This document shows, piece by piece, positions 18,283 through 27,126 of a stretch of 50,210 nucleotides of DNA. Each line of letters begins with the position of its first letter. Within the stretch, counting starts at the first letter, position 1. The notes below the pieces were generated by a model that made no database searches, had not been told where the DNA came from, and worked only from the letters and a program-made list of their open reading frames with translations. Origin of the DNA: a virus (lineage: Duplodnaviria; Caudoviricetes); the IMG/VR virus record IMGVR_UViG_3300045240_000072, positions 1-50,210 of that record. One strand, given 5' to 3'. The translations under genes were made by a program, and so were the position numbers.

Positions 18283-18470
18283 TCCGAGTAGATCGGGTTT
18301 TCTCGTTCGACGTCGTCAGCTTCGACCAGCAAGCATGAAGCGGGGTCGGATTGTTTCGAAATGAATACGCGGCAAGGGGCGTGAAGCATCGGCCATCCGG
18401 TAATGCGGCGGTATTTGCCTGATTTGCGCATTCGAACGTATACGTGGTATAGACGCGTGTTCTCGTTCAC
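18279..18470 (-). CDS. Small hypothetical protein
   Basis: 63-aa ORF, GTGA-coupled, last gene of the leftward cassette. Confidence 0.6.
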   Translation of the reverse strand: MNENTRLYHVYVRMRKSGKYRRITGWPMLHAPCRVFISKQSDPASCLLVEADDVERENPIYSD

Positions 18471-18709
18471 AATTCATTCTCCAAATACCGTCCCACAAAT
18501 TCCGTCTGAACCGCACGCGGTGCTTGGTGTACCGTCGTCACGGTATCGTCCAATATCGCGAACAGCTCGTCTGACAGGGCTTGATGGCCTTGCGCCTGCA
18601 GCACGCCCGACAGCCGTGCAATGAACGACCGGGCGCGCGCGTTGGCGTCTCCGTCCGTGCGGGTCGTCTGCTTCACAAGGTCGGCGATGATTCTGGTATA
18701 ACGCGGCAT
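18467..18709 (-). CDS. Small hypothetical protein
   Basis: 80-aa ORF with GGGGAA RBS. Confidence 0.6.
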   Translation of the reverse strand: MPRYTRIIADLVKQTTRTDGDANARARSFIARLSGVLQAQGHQALSDELFAILDDTVTTVHQAPRAVQTEFVGRYLENEL

Positions 18710-18885
18710 GGCAGTTCCCCAGTCGGCAAAGTTTCGGAAAGTTTCCCATCGAGAAACACTTTTGTATTGCGCAAGCCCATCAGGTAGAAGGGCTTGCCGG
18801 GATTGAGCTTTGACAGCGCGATCAGGTGGCGTTCCTGACGGTGCGCCTTGCCGGCTATCCGGGGCATCATGGCGAAGTGGGTCAT
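18673..18885 (-). CDS. Small hypothetical protein
   Basis: 70-aa ORF, ATGA-coupled to the upstream gene. Confidence 0.55.
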   Translation of the reverse strand: MTHFAMMPRIAGKAHRQERHLIALSKLNPGKPFYLMGLRNTKVFLDGKLSETLPTGELPCRVIPESSPTL

Positions 18886-19109
18886 TTCATCGCCTCAATC
18901 ATCCGGTCCAGCGTTGCGAGTTGGCGTTCCATCCGCTCGATTCGGCGCGCAACGCTCAGGCGCTCCATCTCGACTTCGCGGATATCGCCCGTTGCGGTCA
19001 ACAGCGTCACGTCCTCAAACAGCAGGAAAACGGTGTCCGGGCCGCGCCGTTGAACCGTAATGGCGGCCTTGTCCTCGGCGTGGCGCATGATGGTGTTGGC
19101 AGAGATCAT
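18882..19109 (-). CDS. Small hypothetical protein with C-terminal coiled coil
   Basis: ATG 19109 overlaps the lipoprotein stop (ATGA). Confidence 0.6.
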   Translation of the reverse strand: MISANTIMRHAEDKAAITVQRRGPDTVFLLFEDVTLLTATGDIREVEMERLSVARRIERMERQLATLDRMIEAMK

Positions 19110-19423
19110 TGTCCGACTATCGTATCGTGGAATGGGGTAGCGCGCATGTCGGGTGCAGCCACGATCGGCAGATTGCCGGGCAGCGTCCAGTACGGTTCCG
19201 CCTGACAGACTTTGCCGCACAGCACATTGAACCCGAGCTCGATCCGGTCGGACAGCTCGACCGTGCGGGCGATTCGGGCGTCCGCTTCGGCATCTTCGGC
19301 AGCGTTCCGCGCTTCCAGGCGGGCGATAGCGGCCCGGTATTTCGAGTCGTCCGGCTCGGCGGGTTTCGGGGCGCTGGCGCAAGCGGCCAGGGTGAGGACG
19401 AGTAACAGCGGTGCGTATTTCAT
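19106..19423 (-). CDS. Lipoprotein (possible superinfection exclusion)
   Basis: MKYAPLLLVLTLAAC signal with LAAC lipobox; AGGAGA RBS. Confidence 0.8.
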   Translation of the reverse strand: MKYAPLLLVLTLAACASAPKPAEPDDSKYRAAIARLEARNAAEDAEADARIARTVELSDRIELGFNVLCGKVCQAEPYWTLPGNLPIVAAPDMRATPFHDTIVGQ

Positions 19424-19465
19424 GGTTGGATCTCCTGCCCCAGTGGCCCGAGGCGCGGCGTTGAA

Positions 19466-19669
19466 TTAGGCGCGTTCCAGATAAACAGCGGCGCGCTTAT
19501 CGCCGTTCGCATAATCGTATTCGTAAAACTGAACGAGGTTAGCGAAAACCGGCGAAACGGCTTTAAACTCGCCCGTCTTTTGCCAATGGTCGGTATCGAA
19601 AAGGAAACATCAGATTTCGCCAGTCGTTACGTCTTTGCACTGAACAGTGTAGTTAGTCAAGCAAGCCAT
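19466..19669 (-). pseudogene. Paralog of 49262..49465 with an in-frame TGA at codon 20
   Basis: MACLTNYTVQCKDVTTGEI*CFLFDTDHWQKTGEFKAVSPVFANLVQFYEYDYANGDKRAAVYLERA; same 204-nt length; stop at 19610-19612. Confidence 0.85.
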
Positions 19670-19702
19670 TTTCGTGATCTCGTTGTGTTAGTAGGAGTCA
19701 TC

Positions 19703-19731
19703 ACTTTAGTTGAATAATTCAACCAAGTCAA
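19703..19731 (-). promoter_or_regulatory. Repeated sigma70 promoter with palindromic operator, copy 2
   Basis: TTGACT-TGGTTGAATTATTCAAC-TAAAGT. Confidence 0.88.
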
Positions 19732-19832
19732 GCGATACTCACCTCTAAATGCCGCTCGGCCCGTTCTCGCGTCCCAAATAGGTCGTGCGAATGCAGCGGG
19801 TTGGCTTTCTCGACCAATTTCCACAGGGTCAG
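19728..19832 (-). pseudogene. Possible gene remnant (TLWKLVEKANPLHSHDLFGTRERAERHLEVSIA)
   Basis: Open, protein-like frame starting at CTG where an ATGA overlap would be; ends inside the -35 box of promoter copy 2. Confidence 0.3.
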
Positions 19833-20218
19833 GCGCGGAGCAAGCGAACGTTATGCCGTGCGGCGATTTCGACGCTTTTCGCATCCGAGGCCAAATATTC
19901 GGCATGTACCAACTTTTTAAATTCAAGGCCGACCAAGCCCGTACGACGTGCGGCGGTGAGGGCAACTTCATACGCGAGGTATTCAGGTGATTTTCTGAAC
20001 TCGGACAGGGCCGCGTCCATTCGGGTTTCGTATGCTCGGTCGATTGCCTTTTTAACGGCCGGAGCGGTCATGCCGGTATGGCGAGTGGCGCATACGCTAC
20101 CGTAATGAAAGATTTCGCCTTCAACTTCAACCGTAACGGTATGTTTCAATCCAGTTTTGCCGCAGCAGTCGCAGGCGTTAACAGAATCGTCAGTACCGAG
20201 GATTTTAAACATTTTCAT
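19829..20218 (-). CDS. Zn-binding hypothetical protein (CDCCGK...HYGSVCA)
   Basis: 129-aa ORF with ACGGAG RBS, downstream of promoter copy 3. Confidence 0.8.
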   Translation of the reverse strand: MKMFKILGTDDSVNACDCCGKTGLKHTVTVEVEGEIFHYGSVCATRHTGMTAPAVKKAIDRAYETRMDAALSEFRKSPEYLAYEVALTAARRTGLVGLEFKKLVHAEYLASDAKSVEIAARHNVRLLRA

Positions 20219-20283
20219 TTACTCCGTTGCGTTGTCGATGTCCGTACTTTAGTTGAATAATTCAACCAAGTCAAGCGTTATTT
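20213..20283. repeat. 71-bp near-perfect repeat (promoter, leader, RBS and start codon), copy A
   Basis: Matches 49465-49535 with one mismatch. Confidence 0.95.
20246..20274 (-). promoter_or_regulatory. Repeated sigma70 promoter with palindromic operator, copy 3
   Basis: TTGACT-TGGTTGAATTATTCAAC-TAAAGT. Confidence 0.88.
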
Positions 20284-20305
20284 CGCGTGGTATGATTCCG
20301 ACACT

Positions 20306-22099
20306 ATGCCGACAACATCCGAAGCCCAACACCGCGCCATGGAAGCCGCAGTACACGGCAAATCGACGCTTGGCATCCCGGAAAAGGTCGGCAAGGAATT
20401 CGTAGCGGCCGATAGTGAACAAAATTCCCCGGATGGCGCAGGCATCGCGCTATTGTCCGCCGGGCGCGTGCTCCTGCTGAAGCGTGGCAACGGCGGCGAT
20501 TACCCCGGCCATTGGTGCTTCCCCGGCGGTCACGTCCACATCGACGAGCCGTTCGAAGATGCCGCACGCCGCGAAACGCTCGAAGAAACCGGGTTCGCCG
20601 TCATTGGCGCAATTCGCCAGATCGCCACATCGAGCGCGGGCGAGACGATTTTCACGACTTACGCCCGCAACGTGTCGCCATTCGAGCCGATTCTATCCGA
20701 CGAGCATACTGAGGCGAAATGGGCCAAGCCTGACGAGTTGCCCGAACCGATGCACCCCGGCGCGCTCCTGACGCTGCAATCGGGTGCCCTCGACCGGATC
20801 GACCCGGCCAAGCTGAACGAACTGGAAATTGCCCGACTGATGGCGGCCGGCGAGCTGGACAGCCCACAGCGAGTATTCAACATGTCGCTGTTCGCGATCC
20901 GGATCACCGGAACCGGCACGGCGTACCGTTCGCGTGATAAGCAATTCACGTTTCGGCCGCCCGAACACTACCTCAATGACGAGTTCTTGGCGCGCTGTAA
21001 CGGCCTGCCGGTAATTTACGAGCATCCGGAGAAAGCTACATTGGATAGCGAGGAATACGCAGATCGGTCGATCGGCTCGATCCTGTTGCCGTATATCCAG
21101 GGCGATGAAGTATGGGGCATCGCTAAAGTATTCGATGACAATGCAGTCGAGGAAATGAGCGACCCGGATAAAAAAATGTCCACGTCGCCTACTGTTTGGT
21201 TTCGCAATTTGGAAGATAACGTTATAATTGAACTTGACAACGGTAAGCCGATACTGATAGAAGGTATTCCTAGCATCCTCGACCATGTGGCTATTTGCCC
21301 GTATGGCGTGTGGGATAAAGGCGGCGAGCCTACCGGCGTATTGAACAATTCACTTGGAGTAGCGGACATGGCAATGACCGAAGACGAAATGAAATCGAAG
21401 ATGGACGCTTTCGAGGCGAAAGCTAAGGCCGATGCTGCCGAGTACGAAAAAAAGATTGCCGACATGCAAGCCAAGATGGATGCGATGATGCCGCCCGTCG
21501 CCGCGGCTGCAGATTCGGAAGAGGAAAAGAAGGCTAAGGCGGACGCTGAAGCAAAAGCGAAAGCTGACGCGGAAGAGGCCGAAGCCAAAAAGAAGGCGGA
21601 CGCCGAGGAAGAGGAAAAGAAGGCCAAGGCCGACGCAGCCGTCCGCGCCTTGACTCAAGAAGTCGCTACCATGCGCGCCAGTTTGAACCTGACCGACGCT
21701 GACCGCGCCAAGATCGCCGACGCTCAAATGAAGGGCGATTCATTGGCCCGCGCATTCGGCGATAGTGCCCCGGCTCCTACGCTTGGCGAATCCTGCCTCG
21801 CGTATCGTCGTCGCCTAGTTGGTAAGTTCAAGGAACATTCTCCCGCCTGGAAGTCGGTCGACATGGCCGCGATCAGCGATGCCGCGCTCGATGTGGTGGA
21901 ACAGCAGGTATTCGCCGATGCGCAAGCCGCGTCCCGCAACCCCGCGACCGTTACGGGCGGCCTGCGTGAAATCAAACGCACCGGACCGGGCGGCCATCAA
22001 ATCAGCGATTTCGTCGGCTCGATCAGCGAATTTACCCGGATGCACAAGCCGCCAGTTCGCGGGTTTGGTGCGATCCGTAAGGGCGTTGTACAGAACTAG
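20306..22099 (+). CDS. Nudix hydrolase fused to head maturation protease (DUF2213-like) and scaffold
   Basis: Nudix box GHVHIDEPFEDAARRETLEETG; protease region GLPVIYEHP, STSP, DHVAIC..GVWDKGG; E/K/A-rich KADAEE scaffold tail. Confidence 0.88.
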   Translation: MPTTSEAQHRAMEAAVHGKSTLGIPEKVGKEFVAADSEQNSPDGAGIALLSAGRVLLLKRGNGGDYPGHWCFPGGHVHIDEPFEDAARRETLEETGFAVIGAIRQIATSSAGETIFTTYARNVSPFEPILSDEHTEAKWAKPDELPEPMHPGALLTLQSGALDRIDPAKLNELEIARLMAAGELDSPQRVFNMSLFAIRITGTGTAYRSRDKQFTFRPPEHYLNDEFLARCNGLPVIYEHPEKATLDSEEYADRSIGSILLPYIQGDEVWGIAKVFDDNAVEEMSDPDKKMSTSPTVWFRNLEDNVIIELDNGKPILIEGIPSILDHVAICPYGVWDKGGEPTGVLNNSLGVADMAMTEDEMKSKMDAFEAKAKADAAEYEKKIADMQAKMDAMMPPVAAAADSEEEKKAKADAEAKAKADAEEAEAKKKADAEEEEKKAKADAAVRALTQEVATMRASLNLTDADRAKIADAQMKGDSLARAFGDSAPAPTLGESCLAYRRRLVGKFKEHSPAWKSVDMAAISDAALDVVEQQVFADAQAASRNPATVTGGLREIKRTGPGGHQISDFVGSISEFTRMHKPPVRGFGAIRKGVVQN

Positions 22100-22183
22100 G
22101 CTGCCCCCTCAACAGCCCGTATTGGGTGGGGCAGTAGTCGCGGGGTCCCTGGCGCGCATCCAGGGAAAACCGAATTCATAACC

Positions 22184-22205
22184 TAACGCCGTGATGGCGC
22201 TGGAG
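22184..22205 (+). promoter_or_regulatory. Conserved hairpin-plus-RBS leader motif, copy 1
   Basis: TAACGCCGTGATGGCGCTGGAG, 8 nt before the ATG. Confidence 0.75.
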
Positions 22206-22213
22206 AACGCAAG

Positions 22214-23098
22214 ATGGCCACACCAAATATCGCAATCAACCCGATGCAGACGACCAACGCGGCCGGCCTGTTCGGTATCCAGTCCGACGGCTTTACGCAG
22301 GGTGTCGCGCATGACGATCCGGCGGTACGGTTCCAGCTCGCGGGCGGTTATCTCGCCACGACGGAAACCCTGCCGATGTGGGGCGGTGTGGCGATCAGCG
22401 AAACGCTCCCGCTCGTTACGTCCAATGGCAACCTCGGCAACTCGATCACCCGTGCCGCGAACAACGCCGGTATCACGGGTTTCTCGGTGTTCAATCAGTC
22501 GCACAATGCGATTAATACGCCGCAAAGCCCTGTCCCGCTCTTGTCGGGCAATATGACAGTGAACTTCTACCGCCTGGGTAGCCTGGCGCGTATCCCCCTC
22601 GCCGCTGATCCGTCGCTCGTCGCCTCATTGGCGTCGGGCCTGATCAATCAACAGGTAAGTTGGGATTTCAACAACCAACGTCTGCAACCGTACGATGCGG
22701 CGACTTCGACTTATGCGGTTACGTCGATGACGTCCACTTACGCGAACGGCGTGTATACCATCGTCGTCGTGATGGCCGTGGCCTCGTTGGTCGGCGCCGT
22801 TGGCGACACGATCAATATCAGCGGTGTGACCGGTACCGGTGCGGCGCTGGTCAATGGCGATCAGACTGTAACGGCTTTCACCGACAATCAGCATTTCACG
22901 TTCCAAGTTACCGCGGGCGTTGGCGCGATCGCCACGGGTGCACTGAGTGGTACGATCGTGTTGAATGCCGGCACTGGCGCGCTCGCTTGCAAGATTCTGC
23001 AACTGGGCCAAGCCAACAGCCGTATCGTCAGCTACAATAGCGTGACGCAGCAAGCGACCTGGGTCAATAACGGGTCGTGCATCTTGGTACAGATTTAA
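22214..23098 (+). CDS. Capsid decoration/cement protein with inserted beta-domain
   Basis: Between scaffold and major capsid genes; QG...DDPAVRFQLAGG, PMWGGVAI, FYRLGS.ARIPL. Confidence 0.75.
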   Translation: MATPNIAINPMQTTNAAGLFGIQSDGFTQGVAHDDPAVRFQLAGGYLATTETLPMWGGVAISETLPLVTSNGNLGNSITRAANNAGITGFSVFNQSHNAINTPQSPVPLLSGNMTVNFYRLGSLARIPLAADPSLVASLASGLINQQVSWDFNNQRLQPYDAATSTYAVTSMTSTYANGVYTIVVVMAVASLVGAVGDTINISGVTGTGAALVNGDQTVTAFTDNQHFTFQVTAGVGAIATGALSGTIVLNAGTGALACKILQLGQANSRIVSYNSVTQQATWVNNGSCILVQI

Positions 23099-23135
23099 CG
23101 CGCATCGTCGCGAGACGCCCGCACTTGTTTTAACT

Positions 23136-23157
23136 TAACGCCGTGATGGCGCTGGAG
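23136..23157 (+). promoter_or_regulatory. Conserved hairpin-plus-RBS leader motif, copy 2
   Basis: TAACGCCGTGATGGCGCTGGAG, identical to copy 1, 8 nt before the ATG. Confidence 0.75.
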
Positions 23158-23165
23158 ATCGAAAA

Positions 23166-24188
23166 ATGGCCGCATTGACCCCAAGTTTCGTGCGCGTATC
23201 GCCGTCGTACGTGATGCCGGAATGGATTTTGCAGTATCAACAAGCTTCCGGCGCGTTCGAGTTGCTTGCGGGCGGCGACCCTATGGTCCGCTTGAGCGAA
23301 GGCGATTTGTACGTCTACGCGAAAACTCTGTACCTGAAGACCAAGGTTGCGACGGGTCAAGCGGCGTTCAATATGCTGCCGTCCGTTTCGATGGAAGCTG
23401 CGCAGATCAGCACGCCAACGTATCTCATGCGCGCCCGCGCCGAGTACGACCACCACGACACGGCCGCCGCCGGTAACTGGGGTTTGCCGATCGATGAAGC
23501 GTTCCGCCTCGGCATGCGCCAAGGCATCTTTCAGGGCTTGCGCGACTTCGAGCTGTACGGCGTCAATCCGCAACTAGGCGAAGGCTTGGTCAATTCGGCC
23601 GGCGCCACGAGCGTATCGCTCCCGCCCGACTCGAATGGCAATACCACGCTGGTCACATACGACAACGGCCAGCTTGCGATCTACATGCTCGGTATCGTGC
23701 AACAGCTCAAGACCCGTACGAATCAATTCGGCATGGCCTCCCGCGTGGTCATCACCGCGCCTCAACGCGTTCTCGGTACGATGGATTACCAGAACGTTGT
23801 GCAGTTGACCCAATACCAGCGTGAGGGCGCCGGTTCCTCGACCACGCTCAAGATGTTGCAAGACGTTGTCGAGCGCAATGGCGATACGATCGAATGGACC
23901 TATGACGATACGTTGATCGGCAAAGGCGCCGGCGGTAACGACCTCGTTATCGTCACCGTTCCGGAAATCAAAAAGCCTGTCGGCGGCCAGATCAATACCA
24001 ACGAATTCGCCGGTCTCGCGCCAGGTTTGAACGCCTGCAACGTGCAATTGTGCGACATGGCTGCACCGCGGGAGATTCGCACGCCGCTACCTGGCGGCGC
24101 AATCGATATCGTTGCAGAATTGCGCGCTACACCGGGTTGGACCTTGCGCCCGGAAGCGTTGACGCTCCTCAGTATCCAATACCAGTAA
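23166..24188 (+). CDS. Major capsid protein (HK97 fold, DUF2184-like)
   Basis: 340 aa; position in the head module, strong RBS, followed by a terminator; C-terminal G...RPEA motif. Confidence 0.85.
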   Translation: MAALTPSFVRVSPSYVMPEWILQYQQASGAFELLAGGDPMVRLSEGDLYVYAKTLYLKTKVATGQAAFNMLPSVSMEAAQISTPTYLMRARAEYDHHDTAAAGNWGLPIDEAFRLGMRQGIFQGLRDFELYGVNPQLGEGLVNSAGATSVSLPPDSNGNTTLVTYDNGQLAIYMLGIVQQLKTRTNQFGMASRVVITAPQRVLGTMDYQNVVQLTQYQREGAGSSTTLKMLQDVVERNGDTIEWTYDDTLIGKGAGGNDLVIVTVPEIKKPVGGQINTNEFAGLAPGLNACNVQLCDMAAPREIRTPLPGGAIDIVAELRATPGWTLRPEALTLLSIQYQ

Positions 24189-24221
24189 GCCGGTCTCCCC
24201 CAGCGGTTTTATGGTATCTTA

Positions 24222-24247
24222 GGGGGCCGGCGAAAGTCGGCCCTTTT
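24222..24247 (+). terminator. Rho-independent terminator after the major capsid gene
   Basis: GGGCCGGC-GAAA-GTCGGCCC-TTTT. Confidence 0.75.
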
Positions 24248-24270
24248 CGCTTAATTTCACTGGGGGCACC

Positions 24271-24789
24271 ATGGCAAAACTGTACGTAATGAACTGTAAG
24301 ACGCAGGACGAAGTATTCTCATACCGCGTCCCCGAGACCGGCCAACTGATCAATCAAACGATCCCGCGCGGTGGCCAGGTCCAAATTTATCGAGACGAAA
24401 CTGAAACCGTGTTGCGGGCGATCGCCGAGCAGCATCGGGCATATGGTATGGTCGAGTCTCACGAGGTCGACCGCACCAAGCCGTTTATCAATCTGGCATA
24501 TCAGTTTGATAAACCGTTTACGCCTGACCAGATCATGTACGGCCTGCAGCACAATACCGACGTGCTCGAAGACCGCGGTATCGAGCAGCGTACCGCCGCC
24601 GCCGTGGCGATCAGCGACATTCTCGATAAAGCCGCGACCACCAACGGTACCGTACGTTCGATGGAATTGCAGATCGAGGACCAGACGCGCAATGGCGATC
24701 CGACGATCAACGAGCGTATCGTCGTGGACAAAAACCCGAACCTGCAAGGGTCAGACCGCAAAGGTAAGAACAAGCGTAAAGGGGCGTAA
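24271..24789 (+). CDS. Head-module hypothetical protein
   Basis: 172-aa ORF after the capsid gene. Confidence 0.75.
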   Translation: MAKLYVMNCKTQDEVFSYRVPETGQLINQTIPRGGQVQIYRDETETVLRAIAEQHRAYGMVESHEVDRTKPFINLAYQFDKPFTPDQIMYGLQHNTDVLEDRGIEQRTAAAVAISDILDKAATTNGTVRSMELQIEDQTRNGDPTINERIVVDKNPNLQGSDRKGKNKRKGA

Positions 24790-24791
24790 TT

Positions 24792-25466
24792 ATGCCAACG
24801 TTGACCGGCTTCATCGCGTGGATTCGGGCGGTAATGGGCATTCCAGCCCAATACTTGCCGGATTCCGCGCCGGTCATCACAACGGCGTACAACGTCGCGG
24901 TATCAATCGCCAATCTGCAAATGGCGAGTATCGACATGAGTATCTACGCGCTCATGGTGTACAACCTGGGCGGCGACAATCTGGTGAATTACGCGCCGGA
25001 TATCTCGGCCTCGATCACCGACATTACCTGGACGAGCGGGACGGCGACGGCCACGACTGCGGCGCCGCATGGATTTGTCACGGGCGACGTCGTCCTGATC
25101 GCCGGAAATGCGCCGTTGGCCTACAACAGCCAGCCCGGCCCGGCGCAAACCACGCTCGGCACCCCGATTGTGGTCACGGGTGCGTCGGCGTTCACCTACG
25201 TCGTGTCAGCGAATCCCGGCGCGTTTGCGCAAGGCGGGACGGCATCCGAAACATTTTTCGTTGGGCTACGTACCAAGTTCAACACGGGCGGGTTCATGGC
25301 CGGCGTGATTTCGGCGAGCAATGACGAATCGACTGGGCAATCGATCTTGAATCCCGAATTCATGAAAACGCTGACGCTGGGGAATTTGCAGAACCTGAAG
25401 ACCCCTTGGGGCCGGCAGTATTTGGCGTTTGCGCAAGACTTTGGCGAGATGTGGGGGATTTCATGA
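24792..25466 (+). CDS. Head-tail adaptor (DUF4054-like) with inserted beta-domain
   Basis: YALMVYNLGG, GVISASND.ST and LKTPWGRQYL motifs; insert TATTAAPHGFVTGD. Confidence 0.75.
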   Translation: MPTLTGFIAWIRAVMGIPAQYLPDSAPVITTAYNVAVSIANLQMASIDMSIYALMVYNLGGDNLVNYAPDISASITDITWTSGTATATTAAPHGFVTGDVVLIAGNAPLAYNSQPGPAQTTLGTPIVVTGASAFTYVVSANPGAFAQGGTASETFFVGLRTKFNTGGFMAGVISASNDESTGQSILNPEFMKTLTLGNLQNLKTPWGRQYLAFAQDFGEMWGIS

Positions 25467-25906
25467 TCCTGCATCTCGGCGTAATCGACGTCCCTTATGC
25501 AACCGAGGGAACGAGCACGGGCGACGTGGCGGAAATCCTCGAAAAGCAGTATTCCGTCATGGGGAACTTTGCTGCCTTGCACGCTGACGAAATTCAGGAA
25601 CTGGTCGAAATCGCATTTGCCGAAGCCATTGAAAATGTTCTTGCGGGCCAGCCGGCGCGCTTGGCCAAGCCGATGAACCAGGCCGCGAGCGACATCAAAA
25701 AGATTTTCACGACATATCTCAACAACGAAGAAATCGCTGAGACGGGTCAAGAGGGCGTGCCGACGGCCGCCGCGCTCGCTGGCAAGCGAACGAGCTTGAA
25801 GAAAATGAAGGAATTGAAAAAACCGCGCCGCCGCGTACGTACCCGCCGCCCGTCCTTTGTGGACACTGGCATGTACCGTAACTCGTTCAAAGCCTGGGCG
25901 GATTGA
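25463..25906 (+). CDS. Neck/tail-completion protein
   Basis: LHLGVIDVPY, TGDVAEILE, RPSFVDTG.Y; ATGA-coupled. Confidence 0.72.
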   Translation: MILHLGVIDVPYATEGTSTGDVAEILEKQYSVMGNFAALHADEIQELVEIAFAEAIENVLAGQPARLAKPMNQAASDIKKIFTTYLNNEEIAETGQEGVPTAAALAGKRTSLKKMKELKKPRRRVRTRRPSFVDTGMYRNSFKAWAD

Positions 25907-26184
25907 TGATTTCTCCAGACATGGTGAATATGGCCTTCGAAATCGCGGGCGCGATTTTCAATACGATGAATGTCCTCGAACTCTTAAAGGACCGCCGGAC
26001 TAAGGGAACCTTTTGGCCCGCCTGGATCGCGTACGGGGCCTGGGGCGTGTGGGATTTGATCTATGTCTATCCGGCGCTCGGCATGTGGTGCGCGGAAAGT
26101 GCCGCTTTCGTGCGGGTCGGGGCGGGCCTCGTTTGGTTGGGGTATGCTGCGTACTTTAACCGTCGGCAAGAGGCTACCGCATGA
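25903..26184 (+). CDS. Small 3-TM membrane protein (SemiSWEET/PQ-loop-like)
   Basis: Three hydrophobic segments with a N...L.KD...KG...W pattern between TM1 and TM2. Confidence 0.6.
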   Translation: MMISPDMVNMAFEIAGAIFNTMNVLELLKDRRTKGTFWPAWIAYGAWGVWDLIYVYPALGMWCAESAAFVRVGAGLVWLGYAAYFNRRQEATA

Positions 26185-27122
26185 CAACCGCCGCCGAAGC
26201 GGTCGGTGCCGCATCGCCCCTCAATGCCGCGCTCGTGGCCGGCGTCGAGAACATTTCCCAATCGCAAACGGTCGAGTTTCTGGAATACTCGCGCCAGGTG
26301 TTACCGTTGGATGGCTATATTTTCTGGCTGAAGACGGGCCGATCGTTCAAGGCGGCCGGATCGTTCCACATGGCCACAACGCTTGAACAGCGCGAATCCG
26401 AAACGCTCGGCGTGAATCACGTCGTGTTCACCGCGCAGGAAGCGATTCAAGATTTGAACGCGATCAAGCCGAATTCGATGTATATCGGATCTGCCGACGG
26501 CATGCGCTACGCATTTTCGCGGACGAAGAATTTTTACGTCCAGGCCGGGCTATACCACTACATGGGCGATGCAGTGAACCCAATTTTCGATCCGCAGATC
26601 GTGGACGACCCGGCGACCCTGGACCTGACGAATGTCATCGTATCGAACAGCTTGCCGGTCTGGTTGATGCTGGGCAGCACGACGACTTTCGGCCTGACGC
26701 CGCCGACGTTCCCGATTTACCCTTCGTTCCTCGTGCCACAGAACGTCGCGCCGCCATACGCCTCGGTACACATCGGGGAAGACGATACCGAGGCGCTGCA
26801 ATCGGCGCCGGGATTCGATTTCGAGGGAACGCACACGCAATTGTGCCGCGACCGGGTACGCATCACGTTCTACGGGCTGCGGAATAATGAAGCCCTTGAT
26901 TTTCAGGATTACGTGTTCCAATATTCCCTAAACACTGATATTATCGGTTTTATGAGCATGCCCGTAATCCGGGATGCGAAGCGGACGCAAACAGAGATCG
27001 GCGTTATCGCACAAAAGAAAGAATTTTCGTGCGAGGTCAGCTACTACCAGCAACGGCTGGAAACTGAGACCCGGCAACTGATTGAGTCTGTGCTCGTGAC
27101 GTACTTGCCTCAACCTCTGTAA
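26181..27122 (+). CDS. Head-closure/tail-terminator-like structural protein
   Basis: VLPLDGYIFW, QAGLYHY.G, VSNSLP.W, PPYASVHI; lies before the sheath gene. Confidence 0.7.
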   Translation: MTTAAEAVGAASPLNAALVAGVENISQSQTVEFLEYSRQVLPLDGYIFWLKTGRSFKAAGSFHMATTLEQRESETLGVNHVVFTAQEAIQDLNAIKPNSMYIGSADGMRYAFSRTKNFYVQAGLYHYMGDAVNPIFDPQIVDDPATLDLTNVIVSNSLPVWLMLGSTTTFGLTPPTFPIYPSFLVPQNVAPPYASVHIGEDDTEALQSAPGFDFEGTHTQLCRDRVRITFYGLRNNEALDFQDYVFQYSLNTDIIGFMSMPVIRDAKRTQTEIGVIAQKKEFSCEVSYYQQRLETETRQLIESVLVTYLPQPL

Positions 27123-27126
27123 CCCT

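Noticed and set aside
19610-19612. Alternative genetic code or selenocysteine at the TGA
   Set aside because: TGA ends many genes here, the paralog has Gly rather than Cys, and I saw no tRNA or clear SECIS
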